Counted from the first letter of the stretch, positions 17,662 through 27,488 are shown. The stretch: DNA of 64,000 nt from Nannocystis bainbridge (GCF_028368995.1 NZ_JAQNDL010000003.1:512001-576000), one strand, 5' to 3'. Numbers and translations: made by a program. Notes: generated by a model not told the origin, from the letters alone.

Positions 17662-18804
17662 ATGCTCCCCGCCAGCCCACCACGCTCGTGCATCTTACTC
17701 TTGGCCGGTCTCCTCGTGGTGGGCGGCGGATGCCGTGACCGGGAGCGTCCGCCGATCGTCTGGGCCGGGGAGCACGTCCAAGTCGGCACCGACCTGGACC
17801 TCGACGCCTGGTGTCCGGGAACGTTGACGCTGCTGGACAGTCACACAGCTCTGCTGAAAGAGATGTTCGACGCCCCGGCGGACCATGTCGTGACATACTA
17901 TCTGTACCCTTCTCCCATCAGCGATCGTATCTGCCCAAAGCCCAGTACGGCTTGCTACCTCCCGGATGAGGGCGCAGCGGTCACGACCGATCTCTTCAAT
18001 CTCCACGAGATCGTGCATGCTGTCCAGTGGGCCCACGGCGGCATGCCTCATGTTTTTGACGAGGGTGCCGCGACCTATTGGGGGGGAAGAGGGCATGGCG
18101 CAGGCGCAGAGGACGCTCGTGGCCTCCAATTCCGCTCTTTGATAGATAACGCGTGGTCTGAGGGCCTCGGAAGTAGGGGATACTGGCTCGCCGCGAAATT
18201 CACGTCTTACCTGATCCACGCCAACGGCTTGGAGTCGTACGTCGCGCTCTTGAAGGCGACCTCATGGGACCAGTCTCGCGCGAATTTCGAGAAGACGTTC
18301 GATCAAGCCATGGGGATGACGCTGGACGACGCGATAAGCGACTACGAGGCGGAGTTGGAGTGGTGGTACTGCGATGCACCCGCCACGCAGTACTGGTTTC
18401 ATGGGTGCGCGCAACCAGGCGACGTGCTTCCAACCGGCGAGACGACACACTTCGATCTGGACATTTCCTGTGCCGATCCCGAAGTCGTTGGACCATCGTC
18501 GCACGCATCTCCCGATGGTACCCTGAGGATCTGGCGAGACATCACCCTCGAACTCACGAGCACGGACCAGTTCATCACATTTGACGCCCCCCAGGACGGT
18601 GAACCCAGCACCGTGCTGGTGGAGCTCAAGCCCTGCACTACGGATTGTTCCCTGGCGCTAACCGAAACGGTGCGCTTGAACCCGGGTCCGGACGGTACCG
18701 AGTTCAGCCCTTCCGTGCTGCCTGGCCGCTACGTCCTGCGCGTGAGCCGCGCTGCCGAGGACCCGGGCCCTGTCCAAATTCGCTGGCTTCAAGCCGGGTC
18801 ATGA
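17662..18804 (+). CDS. Lipoprotein with gluzincin-like Zn-metallopeptidase motif
   Basis: GGGC lipobox; HEIVH followed by FDEGAATY. Confidence 0.7.
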   Translation: MLPASPPRSCILLLAGLLVVGGGCRDRERPPIVWAGEHVQVGTDLDLDAWCPGTLTLLDSHTALLKEMFDAPADHVVTYYLYPSPISDRICPKPSTACYLPDEGAAVTTDLFNLHEIVHAVQWAHGGMPHVFDEGAATYWGGRGHGAGAEDARGLQFRSLIDNAWSEGLGSRGYWLAAKFTSYLIHANGLESYVALLKATSWDQSRANFEKTFDQAMGMTLDDAISDYEAELEWWYCDAPATQYWFHGCAQPGDVLPTGETTHFDLDISCADPEVVGPSSHASPDGTLRIWRDITLELTSTDQFITFDAPQDGEPSTVLVELKPCTTDCSLALTETVRLNPGPDGTEFSPSVLPGRYVLRVSRAAEDPGPVQIRWLQAGS

Positions 18805-18892
18805 TCGAGCTGTTCACCCATCCGTCGCTTCCGCCAGCATCGCGCCGGTGCTGACCGGCTTCGCGTACGAGATCCGACCGAGCAAACGGAGC

Positions 18893-19231
18893 CTACTCCT
18901 CTGGGGTAAAGGCGTCGACGTGGGCCATCCGTAACAGCGCCTCCACGGCGAGTTCGACCAGTTCGGTATGCAGCACGGCGGGCAGTGCGAGCTGTTCACG
19001 CCGCCGACGCTTCAAGCGGCGATGCAGGCGCGGCCACTCCACGAGCAACGCGCGCTCCCCCGCGGCGGCGGCCTCGGCGAAGGTGGCGGCGTCGAGCTCG
19101 ACAGCCGGCCCGCCGCGGCCGGACACGTTGAAGCGCCCGGCCCGCGTCAGCTCGATCGAGACGTGGGCCGCGTCGGTACCGAGGATCCACACCCCCGGCC
19201 TGACCTCGTCCCACGAGGGCTTTTTCTTCAC
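18893..19231 (-). CDS. Hypothetical protein, last gene of the early operon
   Basis: Its GTG overlaps the reconstructed stop (19228-19230) of the IS-interrupted upstream gene. Confidence 0.6.
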   Translation of the reverse strand: MKKKPSWDEVRPGVWILGTDAAHVSIELTRAGRFNVSGRGGPAVELDAATFAEAAAAGERALLVEWPRLHRRLKRRRREQLALPAVLHTELVELAVEALLRMAHVDAFTPEE

Positions 19232-19326
19232 CGCTTCGCGCTCCGGCGCTCGCGGCGTAAGCGTCCGGCGAGCTACGTCGTGACGAGGAGCCAGCCGAGG
19301 ACCTACAAGAGGGCCTCGGAGGCTGA

Positions 19327-19533
19327 ATGTCGAAAGAGAGTGATGAAGATCGTGATGACCGTGGCGCGGTCGTGCTGCAGCCCGAGCCGCCGGCGCGAGG
19401 GACGTTCGCGCTGCTGATCCCGAGCGACATGTCGTGGCAGGCGAGCTCGTTCGGCGGTGCGCTGCGGCTGGACTTCCGACCGATGCGGCCGAGAGACCGG
19501 GCGGCCCGAGCGCGGGCGAAGGTCAAGCCATGA
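19327..19533 (+). CDS. Extra small ORF inside IS66, upstream of tnpA
   Basis: GGAGG RBS; ATGA coupling to tnpA. Confidence 0.45.
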   Translation: MSKESDEDRDDRGAVVLQPEPPARGTFALLIPSDMSWQASSFGGALRLDFRPMRPRDRAARARAKVKP

Positions 19534-19862
19534 GCACGGCGACGGAGGCGACGTGGCGCAAGCGGGTCGACGGCTGGATCGCCAGCGGTCAGACCTGCAA
19601 GGAGTACGCGGCGCGCATCCGGGTCAATCCACACACGCTGGGATGGTGGAAATGGCGCCTGCATGCGGCGCGGGCCGATGCATGCGACCAGGGCGCGGGC
19701 GAGGCCGGCTTCGTCGAGGTGACGCAGGAGGTCGGTGCCTTGCTGACGACCGAGCCCGGCGTGCTCGAGCTCGAGGTCGGGTGCGTGGTGCTCCGGATCC
19801 GTGGCCATGTCGAGGCCGACATGCTCGGGCGCGTGCTCGATGTGCTGGAGGGGCGACGATGA
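19530..19862 (+). CDS. tnpA: IS66 accessory protein TnpA
   Basis: WRKRVDGWIASGQTCKEYA...TLGWWKWRL...FVEV. Confidence 0.85.
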   Translation: MSTATEATWRKRVDGWIASGQTCKEYAARIRVNPHTLGWWKWRLHAARADACDQGAGEAGFVEVTQEVGALLTTEPGVLELEVGCVVLRIRGHVEADMLGRVLDVLEGRR

Positions 19863-20200
19863 TCCCGGCGTCGGTGCGGATCTTCGTATGCACCGAGCCG
19901 CAGGACATGCGGCGCGGGTTCGATGCGCTCGCGCTCACCGTGCGGCAGGTGATCGGCGAGGACCCGCGCGGCGGGGCGGTCTTCGTGTTCGCCAGTCGCA
20001 GGTCCGATCGCGTGAAGGTGCTGTGGTGGGACCGTAACGGCTACTGCCTGATGTACAAGCGGCTGCATCGAGCGCTGTTCCGCGTACCGGCGACGGACGA
20101 GCCGTCGCAGCGCTCGGTGGTCGTCGACACGAAGGACTTCGCGGAGCTGCTGCGGGGCGTCGAGCGAGCCCCACGCCGCGAGGGTCGAAATCGCTCTTGA
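19859..20200 (+). CDS. tnpB: IS66 accessory protein TnpB
   Basis: DMRRGFDAL...VFVF...VKVLWWDRNGYCLMYKRL. Confidence 0.92.
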   Translation: MIPASVRIFVCTEPQDMRRGFDALALTVRQVIGEDPRGGAVFVFASRRSDRVKVLWWDRNGYCLMYKRLHRALFRVPATDEPSQRSVVVDTKDFAELLRGVERAPRREGRNRS

Positions 20201-20230
20201 CGTGAATGCTCAAAAGCGTACGTAGGAGGC

Positions 20231-21901
20231 GTGACCGAGGTCGAGCTCGTCCGCCATGAACTCGAGAGCCGCATGCGCGAGCATGCGGACACGATCGACA
20301 AGCTGACCGCCGAGCGCGAGCGGTACAAGACGCTGTACATGGAGCTGCTCGAGCGCTGCAAGCTGCTCGAGAAGGGCATCGTGGTCGGCAAGAAGGCCGA
20401 GCGCTTCACCGCCGGCGACGATCCGCAGCTCGCCCTGCAGATCCTCGAGATGATGCTCGCCGGCCGCGACGTCGTCGTGGAGCAGGTCGAGGAAGAGCTC
20501 GAGCTCGACGACGCCGAGGATGAAGACGCCCACGACAACGAGGTCGATCGTCCTGCGTCTACCCGGCGACGCTCTCGCGGCCGTCGGCCCCTTCCCGAGA
20601 ATCTCCCGCGGGTCGAGATCGAGGTCCTGCCGCCCGAGGTCGTGCGCGAGGGCCTCGACGCGTTCCAGCGGATCGGCCAGGTCGTCAGCGAGGTCGTCGA
20701 ACGTCGACCGGCCTCGCTCGTCGTCGCGCGGATCGTCCGGCCGAAGTTTGTCCGCAAGGGTGAGGCGCCGGGCACGGTCGAGGACCAGGCGATCGAGGCA
20801 CCGGCGGTGCAGATTGCCGAGCGGCTGGAGCTGCCGATCGAGCGCGGCCTCGCCGGCCCCGGGCTGCTCGCCGACACGATCGTCCATCGCTGGCAAGACC
20901 ACCTGCCCGCGAACCGCCTCGAGGCGCTCTACGCCCGCGACGGGCTGCAGCTCGCGCGCTCGACGATCTGCGGCTGGCACGAGCAACTCGCGGATCTCGT
21001 CGAGCCGCTCGTTGAGGCGATGTTTGCCGACGCCTTCACGCAGCCCTATCTCTGCACTGACGCGACCGGCGTCCTCGTGCAGGCAAAGGAGCAGTGCCAG
21101 CGCGCCCACTTCTGGGTGCTCGTGGCGCCGGAGCGCCACGTCCTCTTCCGCTTCTCGCCGGCCCACGACAGCGAGGCCGTCGATCGGCTGCTGAAGGGCT
21201 ACACGGGCTATCTCGTCGCCGACGCCCACGCGGTCTACGATCATTTGTACGCGAGCGGCGATGTCGTCGAGGTCGGCTGCTGGGCCCACTGCAGGAGGTA
21301 CTTCTTCAAGTGCCTCGGTTCGGAGCCAGAGCTGGCCCGGCACGCGCTGTCGCTGATCAAGGCGCTCTTCAAGATCGAGCGCGCGCTGGCGACGGCGCCC
21401 CGCAAGAAGCGAGAGTCGGTCCGCCAGGCGAAGTCGAGACCGATCGTCGACGCCTTCTTCCTCTGGTGCGACCAGCAGGCCGCGCTCGCCCTCGATGGTA
21501 CGCCGCTCGCCAAAGCCCTCGGCTACGCCCGCAATCAGCGGATCGCCCTGCAGCGCTTCCTTGGCGACGGCCGGCTGCCCCTCGAGAACAACATCTCCGA
21601 GCGCAACCTCCGGCGCGAGGTCATCGGCCGCAAGAACTGGCTGTTCCTCGGCAGCGAGGAGGGCGCCCGCGCCAACACACTCTTCGTGTCGCTCCTGGCG
21701 AGCTGCCAGCTCCACCGGATCGAGCCCTGGGCATACCTCCGCGACCTGCTGTGCCTGCTCCCGTCGTGGCCCCGGCGCCGCGTCCTCGAGCTCGCACCGG
21801 CCTTCTGGCAGGAGACTCTGAAACAGGAGGACACTCAGCAGCGGCTCGCCACCAACGTCTTCCGCGGCGTGTCCCTCGGGAAGCATACGAGCGAGGTGTA
21901 G
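20231..21901 (+). CDS. tnpC: IS66 DDE transposase TnpC
   Basis: GRRPLPENLPR, HLPANR, CWAHCRRYF, NNISERNLR, GRKNWLF. Confidence 0.95.
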   Translation: MTEVELVRHELESRMREHADTIDKLTAERERYKTLYMELLERCKLLEKGIVVGKKAERFTAGDDPQLALQILEMMLAGRDVVVEQVEEELELDDAEDEDAHDNEVDRPASTRRRSRGRRPLPENLPRVEIEVLPPEVVREGLDAFQRIGQVVSEVVERRPASLVVARIVRPKFVRKGEAPGTVEDQAIEAPAVQIAERLELPIERGLAGPGLLADTIVHRWQDHLPANRLEALYARDGLQLARSTICGWHEQLADLVEPLVEAMFADAFTQPYLCTDATGVLVQAKEQCQRAHFWVLVAPERHVLFRFSPAHDSEAVDRLLKGYTGYLVADAHAVYDHLYASGDVVEVGCWAHCRRYFFKCLGSEPELARHALSLIKALFKIERALATAPRKKRESVRQAKSRPIVDAFFLWCDQQAALALDGTPLAKALGYARNQRIALQRFLGDGRLPLENNISERNLRREVIGRKNWLFLGSEEGARANTLFVSLLASCQLHRIEPWAYLRDLLCLLPSWPRRRVLELAPAFWQETLKQEDTQQRLATNVFRGVSLGKHTSEV

Positions 21902-21945
21902 CCGAACGGCGGGTCAGCCGGCAACGTAGCTCGCCGGACGCATAC

Positions 21946-22473
21946 CTCGCGGCGGCCAGGCGCCGCGGCGGGCGTGTGGGGCGGCTCGTCGCGCGGCGGT
22001 GCCTCGAGACGGCGATCGGTCTCGACCTGCCCGTCGCGCAGCCCGTCAGCGTCGGCCATCGCGCGCGACAGCGCCGCCGACGTGAGCGCCCCGATCGCAT
22101 GCGCCCGGCTCCACCGCGGCGGACTCCCGAGCCCGTCCCGGAGCGCCAGGAGTTCGCGTTCCTCCATCGTCTCGACGCGCGTCGACGCCAAGAACGCCGC
22201 CACGGCAGCAGCCCGCAGCGGGGTCTGTTCGCGCGGCGGGAGGGCGGCCAGCGTGCCGCTCAACTCCGCGGCGAGGCCGGCGGACAGCCGCTCGACGACC
22301 TCGGCGCCTTTGAGCGGCGACGGCTCGCCGAGAGCGTCGGCGTAGGCGCGCTGGTTCTGCGCCTGCGCGCGCACTTCGGCGAGGGCTGCTTCGAGGCCGC
22401 TGGCCTGCTCTTCGAGGTCGATCGCGATCTGCAACGCCGCGGCGTGCTCAGGGTTCGTTTGTGCGGTGGTCAT
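21946..22473 (-). CDS. Hypothetical protein with its 3' end interrupted by IS66
   Basis: ATG 22473 overlaps the DnaB stop. Removing the IS and one TSD copy restores ...GRRE-RRSAKR-stop at 19228. Confidence 0.7.
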
Positions 22474-23828
22474 GCTGCTCTCCGTTCCAAGGGTGCAAAG
22501 CGGGTCTGTTGGGCAATCCATGCAAGCTTGATCAGGTCCTCGGGGCCGTGGCGATTCTTCGCGACGCGCAACTCGGCGAGCCCGGCTGCGGCGGCCCGCT
22601 TGTCGGCGGTCGCATCGACGGTCAGCGTCAGCTCGGGCCGGTGCAGCAGCCCGACGAAATCCGCCTCCGCCTCGATGTCTCCGCCCTCGCGCAGATCTTC
22701 GAGCGTGGGCCGCTGATCGGCCCGTCCCGCCGCCATGCGGTTGACCTGCGCCAACGCGAGGACAGGCGCTTCCGCGGCCTTCGCAAGATCCTTGAGGGCC
22801 CGCGCGATGTCCCCGATCTCCGTGTATCGCTGCTCGCGCCGGTCGCTGCGCGCCTTTTGCAGGTAGTCGATCACGATCAACGGTGGGACTTGTTGGTCGA
22901 CGGCGGTCGCGCGGAAGGCCATGGCCCGGCTGCGGATCTCGGCGACATCGCGGGTGCGATCGTCGATCCAGAACGGCGCGAGCCCCAGCCGACACCAGCC
23001 GTCCGCGAGGGCCTGCCGCGCGTGTTCGGGCGGCGTCTGGGACCGCACCGCGGCGAGGTCGCAGCGGCTCTCGCGGGCAAGGGCGCGCTCGATCAATTGC
23101 GTAGCCGTCATTTCGAGCGAGAAGAAGAGAACGGGCCGCAACGGCCGCTCGCCGGCGACGACCTGGCGCGAGCGCGGGACGGCGAGGTCGCACGCGATTC
23201 CGATCGCTAGCGCCGTCTTGCCTACGCGCGGCCTGGCCCCGAGGACATATAGATTCCCGGGCTCCATCCCGCCGCCGAGCACCTTGTCGAGCTCGGGGAA
23301 GCCGAACGGGACCCGCGGCGGGGGCCCAGCGGCCCAGCGCTCGCCGAGGTGTTGCAGCACGTCGCGGGCGCAGGTCGGGCCCTCGGCAGCGACGGCCGGC
23401 GCATCGCGCCCGATCTCGGCGAGCAGTTCTTCGACGGCCGCCGGCTCCGCCTCCGGGTCCCGCGCCGCCTCGGCCACGCGGAGCGCGGCTTCGCGGACCC
23501 GCCTGATGCGCGCGCGCCTGCGGATCTCTGCGGCATAGCGCCGCAAGATCGGCGCCGCGCGGGTGGCCTCCTCGCCGAGCCGGGCAAGTGAGCGCCCCGC
23601 GAGCTTGTGCTCGCCGCGGCCCCGGATCTCGTCCTCGACGGAAAGCACGTCGATCGGGACGCCCCGCGCCGCAAGCTCCAGCACGGCCCCCCAGATCTCC
23701 CGGTGGCCCTGGCCGTCCTCGAAGTCGTCCACGCGCAGCCATGCGACTTGCGCGAGCAGGCCGGAGAACACCAGCACCGACGCCAACACTACGCGCTCCG
23801 CCTCTTGCGCCGGGCGACTTGCGTTCAT
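22470..23828 (-). CDS. dnaB: Replicative DNA helicase DnaB-like
   Basis: GARPRVGKT, FFSLEM, VIDYLQ, LAQVNR, DLREGGDIEAEAD, VAKNRHG. Confidence 0.95.
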   Translation of the reverse strand: MNASRPAQEAERVVLASVLVFSGLLAQVAWLRVDDFEDGQGHREIWGAVLELAARGVPIDVLSVEDEIRGRGEHKLAGRSLARLGEEATRAAPILRRYAAEIRRRARIRRVREAALRVAEAARDPEAEPAAVEELLAEIGRDAPAVAAEGPTCARDVLQHLGERWAAGPPPRVPFGFPELDKVLGGGMEPGNLYVLGARPRVGKTALAIGIACDLAVPRSRQVVAGERPLRPVLFFSLEMTATQLIERALARESRCDLAAVRSQTPPEHARQALADGWCRLGLAPFWIDDRTRDVAEIRSRAMAFRATAVDQQVPPLIVIDYLQKARSDRREQRYTEIGDIARALKDLAKAAEAPVLALAQVNRMAAGRADQRPTLEDLREGGDIEAEADFVGLLHRPELTLTVDATADKRAAAAGLAELRVAKNRHGPEDLIKLAWIAQQTRFAPLERRAA

Positions 23829-23849
23829 CCGTTCACCATGTGTCTAAAT

Positions 23850-23887
23850 GGTCCTGTTCTATAGGTCATGTCTGTTCGGACATGGCC
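23850..23887. repeat. 14-bp phased CATG array
   Basis: Cores at 23853 (CCTG), 23867 and 23881. Confidence 0.75.
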
Positions 23888-24403
23888 TTAGCGCGACTCG
23901 GTGCGGCGCCGGATCCGTTCGCACGCGCGCCGCCAACGCGAGCGGACCTGCTGCGGGCGCAGCCCCGGGTCGCTATCGTGCAGACGCGCCAGGATCACTT
24001 GCCGCTGCGCGTCCGTGACCAGGTCCAGGCAAGCCCGCAGCCTGCGCCCCGCGTCCTTGGCGTCGGGCTCGTCCCGCGCGACCAACCCGGCCACGCCGTC
24101 CCCGATGAAGACGATCCGCCCGGCCTGCCGTTGGAGTTTCCTGCACACCGTTTGAATCCCCCAGCGCAGGTGGGTCGCGAATCGCACGCTGCGGCCGAGG
24201 TCGAACGAGCGGACCCGGTCGACCAGCACGGCGCCGACCTCGGCCTCGACCTCGTCCGCGTCGACGCGCGCGGCGGCGGCCAGGGTGCGAGCCAGGGCCC
24301 TCGCATACGGCAGAAATGCCCGCATGATCGCGGCCTCGTCGCGGGCCTCGAACATGCGGCGCTCGTCCTCGGCGTCGACGAACTGGGCGCTACAGCGGCT
24401 CAC
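23888..24403 (-). CDS. Element-encoded sigma-70-family factor
   Basis: Region 2-like SFDLGRSVRFATHLRWGIQ; reduced region 4-like LDLVTDAQRQVI; GTGA coupling. Confidence 0.75.
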   Translation of the reverse strand: MSRCSAQFVDAEDERRMFEARDEAAIMRAFLPYARALARTLAAAARVDADEVEAEVGAVLVDRVRSFDLGRSVRFATHLRWGIQTVCRKLQRQAGRIVFIGDGVAGLVARDEPDAKDAGRRLRACLDLVTDAQRQVILARLHDSDPGLRPQQVRSRWRRACERIRRRTESR

Positions 24404-24612
24404 GGGCGCCTCTCCCTGGCGAGCGCGACGACCTCGGGCGGAAGGCCGCCCCGATCGGCAGCACGAAGGAGCGGCGCGAGCTTGGCGGCGCGTTCGCGGT
24501 CGAGCCGCTCGGCCTGGTCGCGGCACTCGGCGGCGACGGCGAGGTAGGCGCGCGCCGCTCCCCGAAGCCTGCCCGTTTCGACCTGTCTCCCAGGACATGC
24601 CACGCGAGTCAC
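24400..24612 (-). CDS. Small helical hypothetical protein
   Basis: Coupled by GTGA overlaps on both sides. Confidence 0.5.
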   Translation of the reverse strand: MTRVACPGRQVETGRLRGAARAYLAVAAECRDQAERLDRERAAKLAPLLRAADRGGLPPEVVALARERRP

Positions 24613-24616
24613 GGAG
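24565..24616. repeat. 14-bp phased CATG array
   Basis: Cores at 24568 (CCTG), 24582 (CCTG), 24596 (CATG) and 24610 (CACG). Confidence 0.75.
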
Positions 24617-25181
24617 TACCCCCGATCCAGCGCGGCGCAGGCAGCGGCGACGGGCGAGGCCGCGGCCGCGGCCGGGTGGGCCTCGGCGGCATCGACAGCG
24701 GCAGGCCAGGGGCGGCCCCGGCGAGCATCGGGACCCAGCGGGCCTTGTGCTCCCGTGCGCGCGAAATCTGAGCGTGCCCCGCAAGGGTGAGGCGCCAGCC
24801 GCGGCGCGTGTGCCAGTCGATCCGCGGGGCGTCGGCGAGAGCGGCCCGGACCAGCTCGACCCCGTAGCGCTCGACGATGCGGGCGGCGCGGACGCGCTCG
24901 ACCGGCCGCACAGGTGCGAGGGCGCCGGCGGCCCCGCGCACAGGATCGGCAGGCGCGAGCGTCCAGCCGGTCCGCAAGTGGCCCTCGACGCGCCGGCGCT
25001 CGCGGTGGATCGCGCCGGCCTCTTCGAGACGGCGCAGGTGGCGATACACCGTCGCGCGGTGAAGGCCGGACAGCGCGGCGAGCCGATCGGCGCTCGGGCA
25101 GGCCCACCCGCCCGCGAGCTCGCGCCGCAGCACGTCCAACAAGGGCCTCGCCTGCTCATTCAGACAGCTATTTTCCGCCAT
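24609..25181 (-). CDS. Winged-HTH protein (replication-initiator-like)
   Basis: CPSADRLAALSGLHRATVYRHLRRLEEAGAI; lies upstream of the sigma and DnaB genes. Confidence 0.7.
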   Translation of the reverse strand: MAENSCLNEQARPLLDVLRRELAGGWACPSADRLAALSGLHRATVYRHLRRLEEAGAIHRERRRVEGHLRTGWTLAPADPVRGAAGALAPVRPVERVRAARIVERYGVELVRAALADAPRIDWHTRRGWRLTLAGHAQISRAREHKARWVPMLAGAAPGLPLSMPPRPTRPRPRPRPSPLPAPRWIGGTP

Positions 25182-25182
25182 G

Positions 25183-26070
25183 TTAGCGACCCTCCCGGCG
25201 CTGCTCAGCCTCCCAGCGCGCGAGCCTGGCGACTTCGTGGCGAAGCACGTCAATCCGTCCCCGCATGTCGTCGGCCAAGTTCTCCCGCATGGTCTTGATC
25301 GCCGCCGCCTCCTCGGAGAGGCGGACCGCTTCCGCAGCGAGGCGAGCCGCGTCCTCCCGCACCCGAGTCTCAAGGCCCGCGCTCGCGGCCATCTCCTCGC
25401 GGAAGCGGTCCTCCAAGCCGCTGATCAGGGCTTCGAGCTCGCGCACGCGCGGATTCACCGTGGGCCCGAAGGCGGCGTCGCGGTAAAAGGCCACCGTCCC
25501 CACGTCGAGACGGGTCTTGCCGGCGATCGCCTCGTCGCTCCATCCCTCCGTATAGAGCCCCGTCTCGACCTGGAAGTGAGCGTCCAGAAGATCGTACATG
25601 TCCCGCAGGGCGCGTGCGGCCTCGGGCGAGGGGCGGCCTCCTGCGTCGAGCGCCGGCGAGGGCTCCGGCTGCGACGTTGCGGACACCGGCGGCGTTACCG
25701 GCCGCGGGGCGGACGGCGGCGTCGTGGGCGGCCGCGCGATGCTGTGTGCGGGGTGCTGAATGACCTTCGCGTCGTCGCCGTGCTTACCTGTCGCTTCCTC
25801 GCTGTGTTTACGCATGTTCTTTGATTCCTGGCACTTTGGACAGGTTGCTTTCTCGCCGTCGCGCACGACAGCCCACCCGAGCCGCGTCCATCGCTGCGTG
25901 ACGGCGATCGGGTTGATCTGCGGCTTGAAGGTTGCGAAGTCGCGGCGCTCGCAGGCTCCGCACACGATCCACATGCCCGTGCGCCCGTGTTCATCGCGAC
26001 CAAAGACGAGGGCGTGCTTTCCCTCGAATTGGGACGGCCGGGTCTTGCTCTCGCTGCAGCGGATCAGCAC
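25183..26070 (-). CDS. Zn-ribbon plus coiled-coil protein
   Basis: CGAC...CPKC pair; C-terminal heptads. Confidence 0.7.
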   Translation of the reverse strand: MLIRCSESKTRPSQFEGKHALVFGRDEHGRTGMWIVCGACERRDFATFKPQINPIAVTQRWTRLGWAVVRDGEKATCPKCQESKNMRKHSEEATGKHGDDAKVIQHPAHSIARPPTTPPSAPRPVTPPVSATSQPEPSPALDAGGRPSPEAARALRDMYDLLDAHFQVETGLYTEGWSDEAIAGKTRLDVGTVAFYRDAAFGPTVNPRVRELEALISGLEDRFREEMAASAGLETRVREDAARLAAEAVRLSEEAAAIKTMRENLADDMRGRIDVLRHEVARLARWEAEQRREGR

Positions 26071-27221
26071 GCGGCCGCCTCCGCGTCGATCTCAAGCTCG
26101 CGCTGCTCCCAGGGCGAGCGGGCGCCGGCGGCCCGCGCCAACATCTCGGCGAGCAAGTGTGCGCCCTCGCGGCAGGTCGCGTCGTACCGCGGAAGCGCAA
26201 CCAGCCGGCGCTGCCACGCGGGCGAGCTGACCTCCACTTCCCACGGGGGCCCCTTGATCCGAAGCGTCGCGCCGGCCCATGTCGCGGTGTACGTGTCCCA
26301 AAGGACACCATGCGGATCGTCGTGGGCGAGGTCGGGTGCCCAACCCGCGCCCGGCCGCGAGCCTGGCCAAGCCACACCCGCCGCAAACAGTTGCCGCCAT
26401 GCGGCGCCGAGGTGATGAAGCCGGTCCGCCGCGTGCTCGGGTCCGATGTTCCCGGCCTCGACCCACCGGCGACAGGCTTCTGCGGCCAACTCCCCGGGCA
26501 GCCGCCGCCGGCCGCGAGCATCGAGCGCGGCCGACACGAGCGTCGCGGCGGTGCGCGCGTTGTCGGCCAGGTCGACTTGTCCCTTGCGCGCGCGAGGCCA
26601 TGGCACGGCGCGCGCCGTGGCCGCTTCGGCCGCGCGGACGAGGTCGTCGACGGCCGGGGCAACCCCCGCGGCCCGCGCCAGCATCCCGAGCGCGTCGCCG
26701 ACGATCACCACGTGACGAGCCCGGAGACGCGACAGAGCGTCTCGGGCGCTGTCGTCGTTGAGCGCCAGCGTCTCAAACGTGCCGAGCAGAGAGTCGAGCC
26801 CAGGGAGGCGGACGAGCCGGGCGAGCTGCTCGCCCGCCGCGCTCTCAAAGGCCCGCGGTCCCCAGGTGCCCGCGGCGGCAGTCAACGGGCCGACAAGCAG
26901 CGGGCGCACGCCGTCGGGGATCGGGAGGGCCACCGGGCGCCCGTCGAGCTCCGCCCACGCCAGGCCGGCCAGCGAGGCCGCAGCGCCAGGGGCACGGAGC
27001 GACGCGCGCGACTTGTCGAGTTCGAGCGCGGCCGCGAGGGCCGGACCGAGGTCGAGCCGCCGATACTCCGCGCCGGCCGCCGGCCACTGGCCAAGCGGGC
27101 CCGCCACCACGCGCCCCTCGTCGAGCCCGACGATCCACCAGCCGCGGACCGTGACAGGACGCCGGCCGCGAGCAGGCATCAACGCGACGGCGGTCTGTAA
27201 CGCTTGATCAACTTCACCCAT
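26064..27221 (-). CDS. Hypothetical protein
   Basis: 385-aa ORF overlapping the next gene in the operon. Confidence 0.65.
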   Translation of the reverse strand: MGEVDQALQTAVALMPARGRRPVTVRGWWIVGLDEGRVVAGPLGQWPAAGAEYRRLDLGPALAAALELDKSRASLRAPGAAASLAGLAWAELDGRPVALPIPDGVRPLLVGPLTAAAGTWGPRAFESAAGEQLARLVRLPGLDSLLGTFETLALNDDSARDALSRLRARHVVIVGDALGMLARAAGVAPAVDDLVRAAEAATARAVPWPRARKGQVDLADNARTAATLVSAALDARGRRRLPGELAAEACRRWVEAGNIGPEHAADRLHHLGAAWRQLFAAGVAWPGSRPGAGWAPDLAHDDPHGVLWDTYTATWAGATLRIKGPPWEVEVSSPAWQRRLVALPRYDATCREGAHLLAEMLARAAGARSPWEQRELEIDAEAAAC

Positions 27222-27230
27222 TGCTGAACC

Positions 27231-27488
27231 TCATGCGCGAGCGGCGAGCCCGAGGCGGGCCGCCCTCTCGCACAGCCAAAGGGCCGTCGTGCTCGCGGCC
27301 TCTACGCGCACGGGCCTCCGCCGCCGGGGCCGACGGCCGGCGACCTTCGCCACCTGCTCCCGCACGATCAGATCGAACGACAGGCGGGCCACAAACATCG
27401 CGCCATAGAGCGCACTCGGGCCGCCGCACGCGGCGGCCTCTGCGGGTGTGTAGTTCATAGACATGTCTCTCGGGTCGGGCTCTCTCAC
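27231..27488 (-). CDS. Small hypothetical protein
   Basis: GTGA-coupled to 27485..27700. Confidence 0.45.
   Translation of the reverse strand: MREPDPRDMSMNYTPAEAAACGGPSALYGAMFVARLSFDLIVREQVAKVAGRRPRRRRPVRVEAASTTALWLCERAARLGLAARA

Larger units (their letters stand above)
19257..21945 (+). mobile_element. Complete IS66-family insertion sequence
   Basis: IRL GTAAGCGTCCGGCGAGCTACGTCG at 19257 and IRR ending at 21945 match at 22/24. The 8-bp TSD CTCGCGGC is at 19249-19256 and 21946-21953. Confidence 0.96.

Noticed and set aside
15706-22262. The duplicated segments as DGR template/variable repeats or att sites
   Set aside because: There is no reverse transcriptase, differences are mostly synonymous or deletions rather than adenine-specific, and the copies are internal to the element.
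24404-25159. 423-aa N-terminally extended sigma factor as given in the track
   Set aside because: The extension is low-complexity and overlaps two coupled ORFs in other frames; GTG 24403 overlaps the upstream stop.
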